Below are positions 38,541-50,800 of a stretch of DNA of 64,000 nt, piece by piece. The position numbers and the translations under genes are program-made. Each line of letters begins with the position of its first letter. Positions within the stretch are counted from its first letter, which is position 1. The notes beneath the pieces are model-generated. The model was not told where the DNA came from. It did no database searches and saw only the letters and a program-made list of their open reading frames with translations. This DNA is from Ostrea edulis (taxonomy: Eukaryota): positions 18,166,001 through 18,230,000 of the forward strand of contig NC_079168.1 in the NCBI RefSeq assembly GCF_947568905.1, in the 5' to 3' direction.

Positions 38541-41500
38541 CAGTTAGGGTTCTTTATCGTGCCAACGCCTGTCGCGATGCGGGACCTCCGTTTTAAAAGT
38601 TATATCCGAAAGACCCGTGATTCTCAAAGGTAGATCGATCCTCATGTGATGTCATTGGTTTTTGCAAAAATCTTTATGAATTAAACTTTGCGCATGATAG
38701 AAATATATCTTTCTGAAAGATTTTTATTCACTGGATAAATAAAAAAGTTGGTAAACTATTAATACTGAAAAGGTTTATAGTTTCCATAGATAATCAATTA
38801 ATGTTGTCAAGGGAAATAAATCTAATATAAAATGGCTATGCACAAAAAGCATAGAACACAGGTTTGGAGAAACTTCATATTTATTCCGTATATATTCTGA
38901 AACCATTTTAATACAGATATACGTGAAAGAAAATTTTATTTAATCCAAATATGTTCTTTGTTTTCTGCAAGAAAAACATTCGTAATTTACTTTTTGATTA
39001 AAATTGAAAAACTGTATCGTAATATTATGAGATTAATCATGTAAAACTGTATTTGACACCATCTCTAAAGAAATAGAATGAAATTAATACAAATTGTACC
39101 TACCTTTAAAGCATATGATTTAGAATTTTACAGAGGTTAGACAGGGTGTCGTATTTGTGAGGGAATTATTCAACGAAAATTGTAAATACTTTTAAAAGTC
39201 CTATGTATTCCTTATGTTGTACTTAATAAAGGAAATTAAATAATTAAGAAATGTATTTTTTATATTCATATCGGTTAATTTAATGAACGGAAGATTCATC
39301 GGGATCTTTATTTACTGCACATTTAAGAGGTCAATTAGTCTTAATATTTACTATAAGCCATCCGAAAATACGCATGCTTCTCCAAGAATTTAAAAGTTAT
39401 CCAAAATTTTAAAAGTTGACGAAAGTGGAATGTTAATTCTTTTCAAAATAAAAAAACCCCCTATAATGGGCTCTGAGAATAAACGTAGTCTCATATATCA
39501 AAAGAAAGATGAAATATGTTTCACATAGTCTTTCTACACAGGATATATCTGCCTTAAGATGGTACTGTAAAATTTACTTTTTTAAAATTTACTGTTGAGT
39601 TAATGAACAAAAAATGCTATATTATGCGATGTGGTACAAGAGGTAAACAATGGTATGCTATGTTTAAATTATTTACTTCTTGCACCACAGTTTCTGGTTT
39701 ATCAAAAGAATGTATTTTTCAGAGTTAGTAGTGCGGTGTTTTAGAAATATATTGATGAAAAGCCTAGTACCCTATGAAGAAAATACTATGGATAGCTTCT
39801 TTGTAAATCCTGTAATGCAAACTAGAACTGTCCAGGATAGGATACATATTCACAATGTTGACATTGAAAGACAAAATTTGATTAGATTGTTCATCTAATA
39901 TGGCATCTCTGGGGTTCAAAAATGTTTACAGTAACAAACAAAATAATCAGAGAAGCTCTGCATTGCTCAACACGCGATTCACCCCAATAAAGAAATGTGA
40001 ATTCCTTAAAAGTCAAATGCAACTGTTCATTTTAATTTCTCCCAACAAACAAAATATCTTTTTATCTAGTTTCATCTGGTTTTGAAGATGATTTTATTAC
40101 TGTTACCGATAGAATCTAAAACAAAATGACTAAGTGCACTGTGCAAAGAGTTAAACACCTATAAAATGAGGAAATGTTGTTCAACGAAGATGTAAATATC
40201 AGGTACAAAGTTTTGTATGGTGAATAAAGAGTATACAAAATTTGCAGGAAAATCCATGCACTAGTTTTTAGAAAATGTCCGGACAAAATCAAGTTCACAC
40301 ACATACAGACAAACGGAAAAACTAACAGAAGGACACGGTGAATCCATTACACTCCTCCTAAACTTAAGCAGTAGTCTCTGTGAGAGAACTTTATACAAAA
40401 TCTAAAACAAATTGAAGTCCAAACAGTTAAAAAAAAAAACAATAACCGTAAAATGAAGACAAATTGTCCAATCATGATGAAGTTAAATGAAGACAAATTG
40501 TCCAATCAAGATGAAGTTAAATGAAGACAAATTGTCCAATCATGATGAAGTTTTTAGGTGGACATCTCTGTGTGGTGAATAAAGAATGTTCACATTTTCA
40601 GGAAAATTATAGTCTTTTAGAAAATGTCTAGACAAAATCATGTTCACAGACAGACAGACAGACGGACGGACGGGCGAACAAACTAACGGACTTGCTGATT
40701 CCAAGATACCCTTAAACTTCATTTGCTGGGGTATTACAACTTTTGGTAATTCTTTCCTGAAATATGTCTGGGATATCATATCATTCATTGACTGAAGATA
40801 TCACACTTGGAAAGGGGTCTAAATTCCCACTCCATGGAATCTGAACATTATGGTATTTTGGAATGGTGATCTCGTTTACTATTGTGAACTTATAGGTTGA
40901 TGGTTATGAGACGATGTTGTGATGACGAGTCGATGACACGGTAATGATTAAATGCAATGATGCCATTACGATCGATCAGTATCGTGCCATTGCTATAGCA
41001 ACTTTAATGCGTACATCGCTTTAACGTCATCGCTTCATCGTGCAAACGTAACATCGTGCTATCGACCTAGAAATCGATAGTAAGAAAGTGAACAACGTGG
41101 CCCTAGCCGGATTACATACGATATGGACACGTTGTTCACAATCGCTATGACCTTGTAGATTGATGAAGCGATGACGATACAGCGACGTTCGTGCGATTAC
41201 AAAGCGATGAAGTTAGATGACGATGACGCGATGTCATTTACGCTATCGCGTCATGTTTTACATCCAGAGACTGTTTGACAATAATGCTTTTCTCTGTTTC
41301 AGTCTTGTGAGGTACCCAAGTGCACCTGCAATATAGGTGGTGAGGATGTCGAGGTGGAACAAAATCTCGCAGGAAACGAAGCTTTGGCGGGAACCGTGGG
41401 AGCATTAAGTTCACTTCTTCTCACCGGAAGTGGTATAGGAATGTACATGCTCTATCAGAAACGTTGCAAAACTCCAAAGATATCGAGGCAGGTTTCTGAT

Positions 41501-41683
41501 TTATCCATCAGTAAACAACCACCATCTGGACGAAACAAACTGTCACCCCCGCCACCGTATCGCCCTGACACCTCTGCCTCCAGGAATATATACCGTGCTG
41601 CAATGCACGATCCAACAAGTCATCGCGTGGGCAACCGCAGCAACACACAGCACAGATATGACCGGATGTCGGACTGGAATTGA
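37844..41683 (+). CDS. Small type-I membrane protein 2 (paralog of 29752-30558), 148 aa, PPPPY motif in tail. Exons 37844-37909 and 41303-41683
   Basis: MASHLYLMLLIILSGYFRNVDA|GTAAGT (phase 0) joins ctgtttCAG|SCEVPKCTCNIGGED..AGTVGALSSLLLTGSGIGMYMLYQKR. Intervening exons cannot be excluded. Confidence 0.75.
38274..38338. repeat. (TA)n microsatellite; another lies at ~38490-38537
   Basis: Direct reading of the sequence. Confidence 0.95.
40110..40735 (+). mobile_element. pearl/HINE-like element with ACAG/ACGG microsatellite and an internal 34-bp x3 repeat (40451-40552)
   Basis: Two related units ending ..cggacaaaatcaagttcacac.. and ..acagacagacagacggacggac..cccttaaacttcatttgctggggtat. Confidence 0.6.
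40896..41262. mobile_element. CGATG-rich, internally palindromic non-autonomous repeat in the intron of membrane protein 2
   Basis: Dense cgatg/catcg motifs in opposing orientations. Family not determined. Confidence 0.45.
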
Positions 41684-41927
41684 ACAAAATATCAAAACTT
41701 TTCATTGATGTCCATGAATAATTTCTAAATTATTGTGAATTTTAAGCTAAAACGTAATACATTAAGTGTTTTTGATTTTTAGGGGAAAAAAAGTTTGGTA
41801 CGGGTGCTAGCGCTACACCTCTGTGAGCGGCTTTTTACAGGAATCTTGTTTTTAATATGCATCATTTGTGTTTTGAACTAGATATTTAGTCATATTATAA
41901 AATGCTTTTGGTGCAGTAAATTGACTA

Positions 41928-43029
41928 GCTGCAATAATGTAGCTCTATCCGATTTTTTTATTCTGACGTTTTCGGGATAGGACTACAATTACATAGGATA
42001 TCCGTAATGGTGCAAAATGATTTTATGAATAACCGATAATAAACTCCGTGTATTAGTCCCAAATGTTGTTTATACCAAAAGGAGTACCAACTTTGTGCTT
42101 GGGCATGTCTAATAAAGTTGTTTTTCATTAAACATCATTTACAGCAAGCAAAATTCTTCGTCTGCTCCGCCATGCTTATTACCGCAAGATCTCGTTGGTG
42201 GATCTACTGAAAAACCTTAACACTGACAATCTGCGCGAAAACGTTGTTATTCGAGCAATTTCGACAAAGAAGGGAAAATCATATGGTTGCAGAAATAATT
42301 TACACTCTGCTATTATGTTTTGATTTTAAATCTAAACATTTCCTGACTTTCTTTACGTAAATAAAATGATCTTCTATGTTTCTTAGTCAATATATAAATT
42401 TACAACCTGCAACTTTAGATTTATGAGGCTCTATTCTACCGTTTTCAACAATTTCGATAACTTCCATTTTCTCGATTCATATTTGTGCGCCATGTTTGAT
42501 GTACTGAAGTTTCAACTTCCGATTGTCAAGTCATTTGCATATGCCATATAAGGTAGTATTTACATCAATGGACAAGTATGGAGGTGAAAGCTATTTCGTC
42601 GGTATTGAAAAGGTTTGAATTTAATATCAAGTTAAAAACCGAACAGCAGAGTGTAAATTCTTTTTGCAACAATATGATTTTCCTTTCTTTGTCGAAGTGG
42701 CTCGAGTAACTACATTTTCGCGCTGATTGTCAATGTTTAGGTTTTTCATTAGATCCACCTACGATATCTCGCGATAACAAGCATGGCGGAGCAGACGAAG
42801 AATTTTGCATGCTGTACATTATATTTAATGAAAAACACGTTTATTAGACATGCCCGAGCACAAAGTTGGTACTCCTTTTGGTGTAAACAACATTTGGGAC
42901 TAATACACAGAGTTTATTATCGGTTATTCATAAAATTATTTTGCACCATTACGGAGATCCTAGGGAATTGTAGCCCTATCCCGAAAACGTCAGAATAAAA
43001 AAAATTGGATAGGGCTACATTATTGCAGC
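41928..43029. mobile_element. ~1.1-kb foldback DNA element with ~330-bp TIRs, TA-flanked
   Basis: ta|gctgcaataatgtagctctatcc..ggatagggctacattattgcagc|ta. Arms ~41928-42255 and ~42700-43029. Confidence 0.85.
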
Positions 43030-43571
43030 TAAACAACCAGGTGCTTTACGTTTTCTATCCTTATGAATATGGCAGTGGGCTTTGAAAAAGGTATGATTTA
43101 TCACATGCATGGTGCCAGAACTTTTAAAATGAGAGAAAACGAGAATGATTGTTCATATCATTTGATTAAATTGTCACATGATCCCATGCGTTGGCAGCTT
43201 GCGTAATGCGCCATCTGGTGAGAGAATGCAAACGCAGTGTGCACAATTGATAATGCTTATAGCTGTGTTTACACATTGTCTTTAAGGATGCTTACCAGCT
43301 GCATTGCAACAACATAAACTGCAAGAAAATACAAATTTAGTAATTAGTCCATGAATGTCTGTGAATAAAATAGATGAAACAAAAATAGAAATTCACCATA
43401 TTTCTTTTTTATGTTCCTTAGTTAATATGACTTGCTGTGTAGCATTTGTTTGTTACTTGATAAAGGCAGTGAACATTTCATCTATTGAAAACATCGATCG
43501 TGAAGAGCAAATAAACATTAATCATATATTCAATTTTATGGTCAAATTTGAACAATTTCTTGTCGGTATGA

Positions 43572-44973
43572 TCAGTTCAATGTATACCACCAATGCCATG
43601 ACATGAAGACTGTACAATTACACAGAGTAGATTGAGGATTAACCTTAACTGTACCGAGTAAGCCAGCACGTATGGACAAGTGTATGTTATCACGGTATAA
43701 GTTAGAGGAACATTGTTGTAGTCCAGGATACTTTAAGTATGGACAGTTACGTGCTTTGATAAAGGAAGTCAAGGGTTTATTAATTCTAACCCGTGCTTTC
43801 TCTGCTGCAATATTTGAGGATATATGCCTGTAATAATTTCGTTAGAGATCCGAGACCATATGAAAGAATGTTTGGTAGAAGAGTTTGCAGACTGAATATA
43901 GTTTTTGGTAGCGTTCGCAGCGACATAGTGCCAATATAACACAGTACAAAATCCGGATGTCAGATCCATTTGGGCAACAAGATGTCCAGTTATGGGTTCT
44001 ACATCCTTCCACAGCATACCACTCTTACCAAACCAAGATACTTTACATTGTGCTGCTGGAGATCTAGGTAAAGGTTTCCAACAATTTTGTCGGCATGAAG
44101 GACAATATAGTGAATTATTAAAGACCCGAAATGACCCAAACAGTAGCATGACCTGGGTACCTGCAGATACGACAATTACTATGTTGGCATTAGCATGGCA
44201 GTTATGATTTAATATAACGATGAATTGGATTAGAATTCTATTTGACTTTAAACTTTTATGTAATCCCAGAGATCCCTTCAAAGTACCAATCAGTATCCTC
44301 ACCCACTCAGTGAACTGAATGAAGCGATGAAGTGAATTCCTATTTTGTGAGGTAGGCATTGAGGTGGCAGAACAAGGTGTGATAGGGATGTGAAAAGTTA
44401 GAGTGTTTGACCAAATATCTCCGCCCACCCGTTCATTTTTTTCTGGTTTATAATGACCTGCATATTTCCTTAGAATTTTTAATGAGGCACCCACAATTTA
44501 ATGCTGGCTTTTATTGCACAAGACACAGTATAGACAAGATATATTCAGTTGTACTTTTACTAATCAATTTGATAATAATTCGTAATAGCAGATCTGGTGC
44601 AATACATTACAGAATGTTCTGTTATTTTGGGGAGAGGATATAAAGTTGCTGGGTTGTTATGATAATTTATTACAGTTTGAAGATGTCTAACAAAATGCAT
44701 TAACTGTAAAGACCGAGGAGATTGAAGTAACACCCATCCACCCAATTCGTCATTCAACTCGACACATACAAACTGGTTCACATTATGTGCAGAATTAAAT
44801 ATGAGGGAGCTGGTTTTAGGGGTAGCCCTACAGCTTTTAACAAGACATAAAAGGAGTACCGCATCCGTAACGACCACTGTGCACGTAAAATATGTAGGCC
44901 TATGCGTTACGTAAATGCGTAGTTTTAAATAAGAGAAACTAAGAAGCACTACATTTGATTTGTTTTCTGTCAT
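43572..44973 (-). pseudogene. Unidentified coding-like relic: three collinear open frames including 241 codons (43769-44494)
   Basis: Long stop-free minus-strand frames in otherwise AT-rich DNA, broken by frameshifts. No family recognised. Confidence 0.4.
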
Positions 44974-45870
44974 ATTTAAACTTTATATAGAGAATAACAC
45001 ATACCCATTTCCATATCACACCCTGTATCAGCCCGAGACACCAATATCAGCCAGAGGGCCGAAGGCCTGAGGGCTGATATTGGTCGAGGGCTGATACAGG
45101 GTGTGGTATGGAAATGGGTATGTTTTATTATGTTTATTACATACTTAGTAATAACATACAAAATATGTCTACTTGAACAAATAAAACGTAATCAACATTG
45201 ACAATTTACGCTCCCTTGAATTGACTTCAGTGTATCAGGTTCATATTCCTACCCATTTGATTTCTTTACATTCATAAAATATATGGCAAGATGTATATTA
45301 TTAACTAATTCCCGACCGGGATTTCCTCTGTTTTTCTCGATTCGTTACTCTTCCTTAGGTAAGTAGTAAATTTCCTTAAATCCGAATCATTTGTCCTACT
45401 TGTGTTTGCATGTTTTAGTTCCTTATCAAAGTCAAAGTACATTTATCCCCAGTATCTTCATGGTCATTCTGTGTGTCGGTCCCTGTGTCAGTAGGCGCTG
45501 GCACAATTTTAAGGATTTAGGTCTGTGGGTTGCACCGATTCTAAATCCATCGTAATACAGTAAGAATTTTCACCAACATCAGCGGTATTTAATCCACACA
45601 TATACTTGAGTTCGATTAATCTGTTTGCCCGCGATTCAAAAGTATTTTCTCTTCCTTCACGTTCGTCCATGTTGTTTATGTTCGTCTGCAAAATATTGAA
45701 GCGGAAAAAACCAGAAGAGTTCCGGATAGAGGGGTTCCGCAAGGTGGTCTGATACGGATCTGCAGGGCTAATACGGATATCAGCCCTGGGGGATGATACG
45801 GCTATTGTAAAGTAGGCTGTATTGCATATGCAAAAAACCTGTATTTATTACTAAGTATGTAATAAATACA
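44950..45870. mobile_element. Hairpin-bearing non-autonomous element (Crypton-like by end structure)
   Basis: Large hairpin 45000-45125 centred on agggccgaaggcc. tattacatacttagtaataa / ttattactaagtatgtaata inverted copies near both ends. Confidence 0.5.
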
Positions 45871-46254
45871 TGTAACCGCAGACCTCTATATCATAATCTT
45901 AAATAATAAATATTGTGACCTATATCTTGATTGGTTAATCTAGATATTGAATTTCAAAATTCGAATTCAAAATCTTGGATTTTTAATGAGCCTTCTGGGC
46001 TCTCGTGAATATTCATTGTTATTCCCTGAGAGGCTACATGTGAAATGGAAGTCAAGAGGTGTGTGTCAAAAATGTAGATTTCGTCACTAATACCACATGC
46101 TCACCATTAACGTTGATAATGGCGAGTAGGACACGTTTCAGACACTCAGAATGGTCCTTTGGGTAATGCGCTGTAATTCTTCCAAAGTTCTCGCGGAGGA
46201 TGAAGCTGGTGGTTGCGTACACGTCTACCTAACGCGTCCCACAAATCTTCAGTC

Positions 46255-46405
46255 GGGTTTAAGTATGGCCGGTGTGACCGGTCGACAGGGGATTCTTACT
46301 CCTCCTAGGCACCTTATTCCACCTATGGTTTGTCCAGGGTCCGTGTTTTTTTGTATTGCTTATAGGAGCTAGGAGATTGAACACTGTTCGTTATCTTCAT
46401 CCTTC
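46255..46405 (+). mobile_element. Penelope-like 3' terminal repeat
   Basis: gccggtgtgaccggtcgacaggggattcttactcctcctaggcacc.. Confidence 0.75.
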
Positions 46406-47515
46406 ATGTTCATAACTTTCTTATCTCAAACGTTGATGCCGTTCGTTTGAAGGAAAATTTGAGTCAATCTTGCAGTGTGCGCGCGCATTGTCCTGTTCAA
46501 AAACTAATCCATTGACTGGTATTTGCTGCTGCATTGATGGTACTACATGTAACGCAGGCTGCATACTTTCATCTGCATATCGTCTGACACACAGTTAAGA
46601 TTCTATTGAAAACGACCGACTGTGAGTGAGGACTTGTCCTAATCGCAGCCAGGACCACGATAATACCTCCTCCGAATAATCTGAATTATACATGACAATT
46701 CTGCATGTCAATGAAAGTGTTGCCAGGTCACAAAACAGATCGATGGATGGAGAAAGACAATAATGTATTTTACATCTAAAAGGTCGATATGAAGAGGGGA
46801 ATGATCAAACTTTCAGTAAGTTCAATTCTTGAATTACCAAATGAACTTAGTCGAAACTATAATATGAAAAAACAGTAGAGATTCTGCGCACTGCCAATGA
46901 CAGTTATGTGAAAACAAGGGATGCTATGAATTTACCCAGGAGACCGAGATATCACAAAATACTCTAAAATACCTAAACATGTGACTATTCAGAGACACGT
47001 AGCTAGTTTCAGTGGTAATCAAACGATTCTAGAGGGTGCCTGATAGTTTCATTTTAAAATGTAATGTGAAATTTCTTCCTAATTTGTAATTCACTTAAAA
47101 AAACAACTATGCCAAAGTAGCCATAACATAGGTTTGGTATACATAACCGGTAGATACATATAAACTGTTCAAAACTTTAAAAAACATGCTGTTTTTAAGC
47201 ACAACGTACTGGAGGTTGTGCGACTTAGTTTATTACATGTATAATTGCATAGAGTTTTCTTTCTATCCAGGAAAGGAAAACCACAATAATGCTGATTGGG
47301 AAAAGGCCAATTTTAGGAGCGAGAAAGAAGAAGAGGAGGAATAAGAATCGAGCAAAACATATAAGTCTCTAAATTACGTTTGAGATACTTAAAAAATAAA
47401 TGACTTGGTACAGAAAAATATCACCAGGTGTGTCATTTCACCTGAATTCATTGCCTCTTCATCTGCTGCATGATTTTTAAATGACGCATCTTTTGAAAAT
47501 TTACTTGCGATATCT

Positions 47516-47759
47516 AGGGGCCTCCGTGGCCGAGTGGTTAGAGCATTGCGCTCAAAATCACACGGCCTCTCACCTCTGTCGGTTCGAATCCCGCTCGCGC
47601 CGGTAAGTGAGAAAGTTTCCCAGTTTACTTTCGGAAGGTCGATGGTCTCTTCCCAGGTACATTGTATCTGGGTTCTCTCTTCCACCAATAAAAACTGGGC
47701 GCCACCATATAACTGAAAAATTGTTGAGTGTGGCAGAAAACATCGAAACAAACAAACAA
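47516..47759 (+). mobile_element. Intact tRNA-derived SINE of a second family, (AAAC)n tail
   Basis: A box tggccgagtggtt, B box ggttcgaatccc, a non-tRNA body and a 13-bp TSD acttgcgatatct. Confidence 0.85.
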
Positions 47760-47802
47760 ACTTGCGATATCTGTTTATCAATAGAGGTACTAGTTAACCC
47801 AT

Positions 47803-50800
47803 ATGATATTGTTGGTTATGTATCTGAACATAATCAACAATATCATATGGGGTAAGTGACTTGTACCATAGTTTACTATTATTCATTATATTTTTTATAG
47901 CTTTCGGAAGCGCGGTCGCCTGTTTACAATAATGATGCCAATTGTTATGTCTTTACATTACACTTTGAACACCATATATTTCTATCATAATGACTTTCTA
48001 TCACCGAAAAATGTATGTTCATTAATTGTTTTTAAAAAGCCGTTTTTAAAGTGCATATAAATGTTTGGACTGTTGGTTTTGATATTTTTATTTTAATACA
48101 TATTTTGACTAAATTGGCTGGAAAAACATTTACATGTATATACAATAGATTTTTTTAAAAAAAATGGTGAAACATAAGGAAAAAAAAAAAAGAATTGTAA
48201 GACGTAAAACCATAAAAGAAACACAAGTCTGATTCACCCTGTTCGCTAAACAAGTTTATCTCTCAAACGCGTTCTTATCACGTGACTGGGTCTTTTATAA
48301 AACTCTTTATAAATGATACCCGTATTTCTACTTACACGTGTTTCTCGACTTTAGGAGAATATGGAAATAGAAAGTCTTTGGGACGAGACCATTGACGATA
48401 TTATCTTGTATCAAGGTTTAAGTGAGATTCAGTGCGAATATCTATAATGTATTTAGAGAACTTAGTCTGAGTCAGTTATCCGTGTTTGATATGGAGGAAC
48501 TTCATACAGTGGACGGTGATGTTGTTTTGTTTTTTCGGGAATGTGGGCGGGGTTTGAAGAAAAGTGTGGGTTATGTTCAGATAACCCACACTTTTAACAA
48601 AAGACTCGAGATCTTCCAATGACCTTCGTTTAATAGTTAAGTGCTATATAATAAGATAAGATAACCCCGTGTCCCCACCTTTGACAGAAAGTCCTGAAAG
48701 TTACACAAAGTCTTCACAATGGATCACATACAGTTTACAAAGTTCATAGTTTTGGTCCTTCATGTCCATTGGCTGAAAGGTATCTTAGTTTGTGTTCCAA
48801 TTCCATTTGTCGTTATTTGTAAGTAGTTTAGCAATATTTTAAAAAAAATATTTGTAACATCTTATCGCAAGTAGCCGATCCTCTGTGTATCAAAATGCTT
48901 GAAGCGGTTGAAAGCCTTGCTACTTGCACATGCGTAGTCAGTCAATTACCGAGAGTTTTGTTGTGCTCTATCGTTTCAGCAACATTTATCAATGTCGGTG
49001 AAATGGGCCAGTCCCAAGTACAATAAAACATGCAAAATGCGAAAATTAAGAAATTCATACGGAAAATTATCAAAATTTCAATGTAAGTGATTAATTGATA
49101 TTAGATTAATCGGCCTGATATCAAAAGATCGTTGCCTCTGATTGACATTCGAAGTGGCGGATTTAAAGGGGCGCAGCAGGCGCTCCCCATGAAAATTTCA
49201 AATTCAAGGTAAATCGTGGTCTCTTGTTTAAAAAAATGTAAACGATAAAAGAAGCATGAATTTCTTCCACTCTCAGAGCAATAAATGGCAAAATGTTATG
49301 ATTTATTGAATTACTTTTATATGGGGAACATTTTTTCCTAAAAACCCTTAAAATTCACGTCATTTGATTAATTTCACCCTATTAAAAATGACAGAAAATA
49401 ATAAGAATGACTACATATTTCAAGCCCTATAAAATCTGTAAAATCCAGGAGTTTCCTGGGCCCTCACCAAGGCATCGCCTTGGACCCACTGGTGGCCTCA
49501 AGGCCCCCAGCCTCATAAACTTGCACCCCCTTACCGCAATTCCTGAATCCGCCCCTCATTCGTACACATGAAAGACCTGAATGAAAATATTTAATATGGC
49601 GATAAAGTTTCGGAGAGAATTCTCGATCGAAATTTGACTTAGATACTATTCTCGAGAAACAGTTAATCATTTCTGACAATATAAAAACAAAACAGTTTCC
49701 TTTTTAACATAATAGAATGGTTTTCATTCTCAGGACAAAAGTAATATATTCTATACGTGTGATATCTCCTATACAAAGAAAAATAAATGAATAATTTATT
49801 CTTTGGAATATCTTGATAAACCGTAGATCTTGTTTTAGTAAAAAGTGGTGATCATATGTTTAACGCATAGGTGCATGTGTCTCTTACAATTAAAAGAGGA
49901 AATTTACATTTGACATAATCTTTCAGACCTCTATAGGCATTAAATTACCCATGATTTTTCATCAGACACGAAAATACTGTAAATCTTCAAACCCCAAAAC
50001 GTGGGTTAGAACTGTGTGGCTTTACTGGACCAAAAAGCTTCTCTTAACAGCCCAGATGCATTCATTAATGTAATAGTTTGTTCTAATCTGTAATCTTAAA
50101 GAATATTTGTAAGTTTTTCAATGATACAAAGGTATGGATTTTTGAGTGCTATATCATTAAACCTTTACACCATGGAATTATAAATCTATGGGTTTATTTT
50201 ATTCATATCATAGGGAAAAGTATCAACGATTGTCTTACGATATAAAATCTATCTACAGGTCGGCAGCTCTCCGGGGGGAAAGTCCTTTTTGACAAGAGAG
50301 CTGCAGATTCGTCATTTCACATGTAAATCATGCAATTTCCGGTATATATATAACATTCTGTAGTGAGGTATATATATATGCATTGTAAAGCACCTTTGAG
50401 CGCACATAGTGTATGAAAAGGGTGCTATATAAATATAGTATTATTATTATTATATATCAAGAAATATGATTCGGTGAAATAGCCAAGTTTTTCACTGATT
50501 AAACATTGGTGAATGTAAATATTCCTTAATGATTTTGTTCTTGAAGGGGGGGGGGGGTGTTATATGGAGGGGATCAAGCGACGGATCTCCCCATTTACAT
50601 CCTCACCATGACAGCTATTCCTTAATAAAATGCTTTATATTTCGGGATAATTCAATTATTTCTCTATTCGTGTTACCTATCCTAGAGAAATTGTCAATTC
50701 ATTTGCCAATGAATATATAAATTTGATACGAAAATTGAAGATAAAGAACAGTGATCAATCCCATGACTCCTATTAGCAATAGAAACTAAATAGTTGGGCA

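Noticed and set aside
46500-46620. Harbinger transposase-like IDGT and DTQLRF words
   Set aside because: The spacing is far too short and the words are in different frames, so the evidence is insufficient.
47517-47605. tRNA gene (A and B boxes, long variable arm)
   Set aside because: It continues into a SINE body with an (AAAC)n tail and a 13-bp TSD, and the acceptor stem is poor. It is a SINE head.
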